Shown here piece after piece: positions 62,040 through 64,000 of a stretch of DNA of 64,000 nucleotides (its first letter is position 1; the number at the start of each line of letters is the position of its first letter). The stretch is taken from contig JBAXJR010000001.1 of the NCBI GenBank assembly GCA_037137755.1, forward strand, positions 1 through 64,000, given 5' to 3'. The DNA is from Methanomicrobiales archaeon. GTDB taxonomy: Archaea; Halobacteriota; Methanomicrobia; Methanomicrobiales; Methanospirillaceae. The translations under genes were made by a program, and so were the position numbers. The notes beneath the pieces are model-generated. The model had not been told where the DNA came from. It made no database searches and saw only the letters and a list, made by a program, of their open reading frames with translations.

Positions 62040-63244
62040 GTGTCTTTCTCGAAACAGTCCTCGTTGAAGAGGCAATCACAACGATAAAAGCCATTGCACC
62101 CCTGCCACAGACCGAATTGCTCCCCCTGGAATCCGTATCCGGGCGTGTCCTTTCCGAAGATATCAGGGCAGATATTGATATCCCTGGGTTTGACCGCTCA
62201 GTCGTCGACGGGTATGCAGTGAGATCTGCTGATACAGGCGGGGCAGGGGAGGCAGTGCCCGCCATGCTCAGGCGGGCAGGAAGAATGAATATGGGTGAGC
62301 AGGCTGCCCTGTATCCTGACACCCATGGCACATGTGTCTATGTCCCTACCGGTGGTGAACTGCCCATGGGGTTCGATGCAGTCGCAATGATCGAATATTG
62401 CGAACTGATCGGTGATATGGTTCTCGTAAAGCGGCCACTTGCGAACGGGGAGAATATTATCCTGTGCGGGGAGGATTTCCATGCCGCTGAAATTGTAATG
62501 AAATCCGGGAGTCGTCTCAGTTCCAGGGATATCGGGGTCCTCGCAGCTGTCGGGTGTCACAGGGTACCGGTTTTCCGGATCCCGAGGATTGGCATCATAT
62601 CTACCGGAAACGAGCTCGTCCCGGTGGCCGAAACCCCCACCGGAAGCAGGGTCCGGGATGTCAACAGTTATCTCTGCGGTTCATACGTGAAAGAGCTCGG
62701 GTGCGAACCCGAACTTTTCGGTATTGTCCAGGATGAACGGGGCGTATTCCAGGCAGCACTTGATTCCGCACTGGCCGGCTGTGACGCAGTCCTGATATCT
62801 GGCGGAAGTTCAAAAGATGAACGGGATATGACCGCATCCGTGATTCAGGGACGTGGGGAAGTTTTAGTTCACGGAATCGCAATTGCTCCCGGAAAACCTA
62901 CTATTATCGGACTGGCGGCGGGTGTCCCCCTAATCGGCCTGCCGGGGCATCCAGCTTCGGCCTATATCGTCCTTAATGTTGTAGTCCGGCACCTCCTGAA
63001 CCAGATGACCGGTGACCAGTCAGCTGGTCCTGCTACTATGAAATCCACAGCCCTTGAAAATATTCCGTCCATGAAAGGACGCGAGGAATATGTCCGGGTC
63101 CAGGTGACAGACAAGGGGGTCATTCCCCTGTTTGGAAAGTCCGGCCTTCTTAATACGCTTATCAGGAGCAATGGACTGGTAAAGGTCCCTGCCGGCAGCG
63201 AGGGGATCGAAGAAGGCGACCCTGTGGAGGTAATCCAATGGTAA
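62036..63244 (+). CDS. moeA: Molybdopterin molybdotransferase MoeA
   Basis: PGFDRSVVDGYAV, TGG.LP, STGNEL, SGGSS, PGKP, GLPGHP. Confidence 0.95.
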   Translation: MSVFLETVLVEEAITTIKAIAPLPQTELLPLESVSGRVLSEDIRADIDIPGFDRSVVDGYAVRSADTGGAGEAVPAMLRRAGRMNMGEQAALYPDTHGTCVYVPTGGELPMGFDAVAMIEYCELIGDMVLVKRPLANGENIILCGEDFHAAEIVMKSGSRLSSRDIGVLAAVGCHRVPVFRIPRIGIISTGNELVPVAETPTGSRVRDVNSYLCGSYVKELGCEPELFGIVQDERGVFQAALDSALAGCDAVLISGGSSKDERDMTASVIQGRGEVLVHGIAIAPGKPTIIGLAAGVPLIGLPGHPASAYIVLNVVVRHLLNQMTGDQSAGPATMKSTALENIPSMKGREEYVRVQVTDKGVIPLFGKSGLLNTLIRSNGLVKVPAGSEGIEEGDPVEVIQW

Positions 63245-64000
63245 CACGGTACCTGAAACTTATTACACTCGAGGAAGTACGTTCGCTGATACGGACTTCA
63301 TTTCCTCATACGATTAGTTCTACAAGTATTCCACTCGAGGAAGCAACCGGCCGGATAACTGCAAAACCGATATTTGCGAAATATTCTGTTCCCGAAGTGC
63401 ATCTTTCAGCGATGGACGGGATCGCCGTTCGTAGCATCGATACCCACACAGCCAGTGAACAGCACCCCCTTGTCCTTGGTGGTGTCAGGCGGGTAAACAC
63501 CGGGAATGTTGTCCAGGCACCATACGATGCCGTAATAATGATCGAGGATGTTTCGATCGATGGTGACCGGTTTACCATCCGGAAGGCTGCGGCTCCATGG
63601 CAGCATGTCCGTCCCGCTGGAGAAGACATCGCAGAATCTGAAATGGTACTTCCGTCAATGCACCATATCAGGCCCCATGAAATAGGGGCGCTTGCAGCAT
63701 ACGGTATAACAACTATTGATGTTGTATCCCTGCGTGTCGGGCTCATACCGACGGGAAGTGAGCTGGTTTTCCATGGAGCTTATCCGGCACCCGGACAGGT
63801 TGTCGAGAGCAACACGGTGATGGCCGCTGCCTGGTTAGAGACCCTGGGGATAACCTGTACCCGCTATCCGATTACAACCGATGAACCTGACAGGATACGT
63901 CAGGTGATCGAACGCGGGGTAGAAGAAAATGACCTGGTTATTGTATCCGCCGGTTCATCAGCCGGGACACATGATTTTACCGCAGAGATTATCCGGGAGA
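63238..64000 (+). CDS. moeA: Second MoeA paralogue (partial, runs off the window)
   Basis: MVTRYLKL...SAMDGIAV...VNTG...DAVIMIE...PTGSEL...ESN...SAGSSAG..DF. Confidence 0.9.
   Translation, partial: MVTRYLKLITLEEVRSLIRTSFPHTISSTSIPLEEATGRITAKPIFAKYSVPEVHLSAMDGIAVRSIDTHTASEQHPLVLGGVRRVNTGNVVQAPYDAVIMIEDVSIDGDRFTIRKAAAPWQHVRPAGEDIAESEMVLPSMHHIRPHEIGALAAYGITTIDVVSLRVGLIPTGSELVFHGAYPAPGQVVESNTVMAAAWLETLGITCTRYPITTDEPDRIRQVIERGVEENDLVIVSAGSSAGTHDFTAEIIRE

Noticed and set aside
1-64000. CRISPR array, tRNA or rRNA genes, and the many short antisense ORFs in the track
   Set aside because: No regularly spaced repeats or cloverleaf/rRNA signatures seen by eye; the short ORFs are shadows of well-supported genes

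Overview
Archaeal chromosome segment from a Methanomicrobiales-type methanogen (Methanoregula/Methanolinea/Methanospirillum-like), judged from methanogenesis markers 2, 4 (MtxX) and 14, an archaeal histone, RFC-L and the rpl12-rpl10-rpl1-rpl11-spt5-secE-ftsZ cluster. From left to right: the end of an epimerase gene; a MITE-like element with two degenerate relatives; a DUF1616 gene and a MoxR/DUF58/DUF4350 membrane module; secreted surface proteins; an IS1634 remnant; a phoU-pstCA-pstB-phoU-arsC-pstS phosphate cluster; TraB, receiver-PAS, proline dehydrogenase, tautomerase and malic enzyme genes; a three-gene inactive-RadA / small protein / PolB2 operon; a TrpP-like ECF transporter; a complete A/V-type ATP synthase operon (H-I-K-E-C-F-A-B-D); mat-hisG-hisA-hisB; ribosomal and division genes; dtdA; and two moeA genes. 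The strongest candidate system is the PolB2 operon. It looks like a damage-inducible, PCNA-docked mutasome: the RadA-like protein ends in a PIP box and the promoter carries a UV-response-like motif. Other notable signals are a paired TRP box plus a structured leader before the ECF transporter, an L1-binding hairpin over the rpl1 SD, and a tRNase Z-like arm fused to DTD2. No CRISPR array, tRNA or rRNA was seen. All family calls come from motif recognition, not from database searches.
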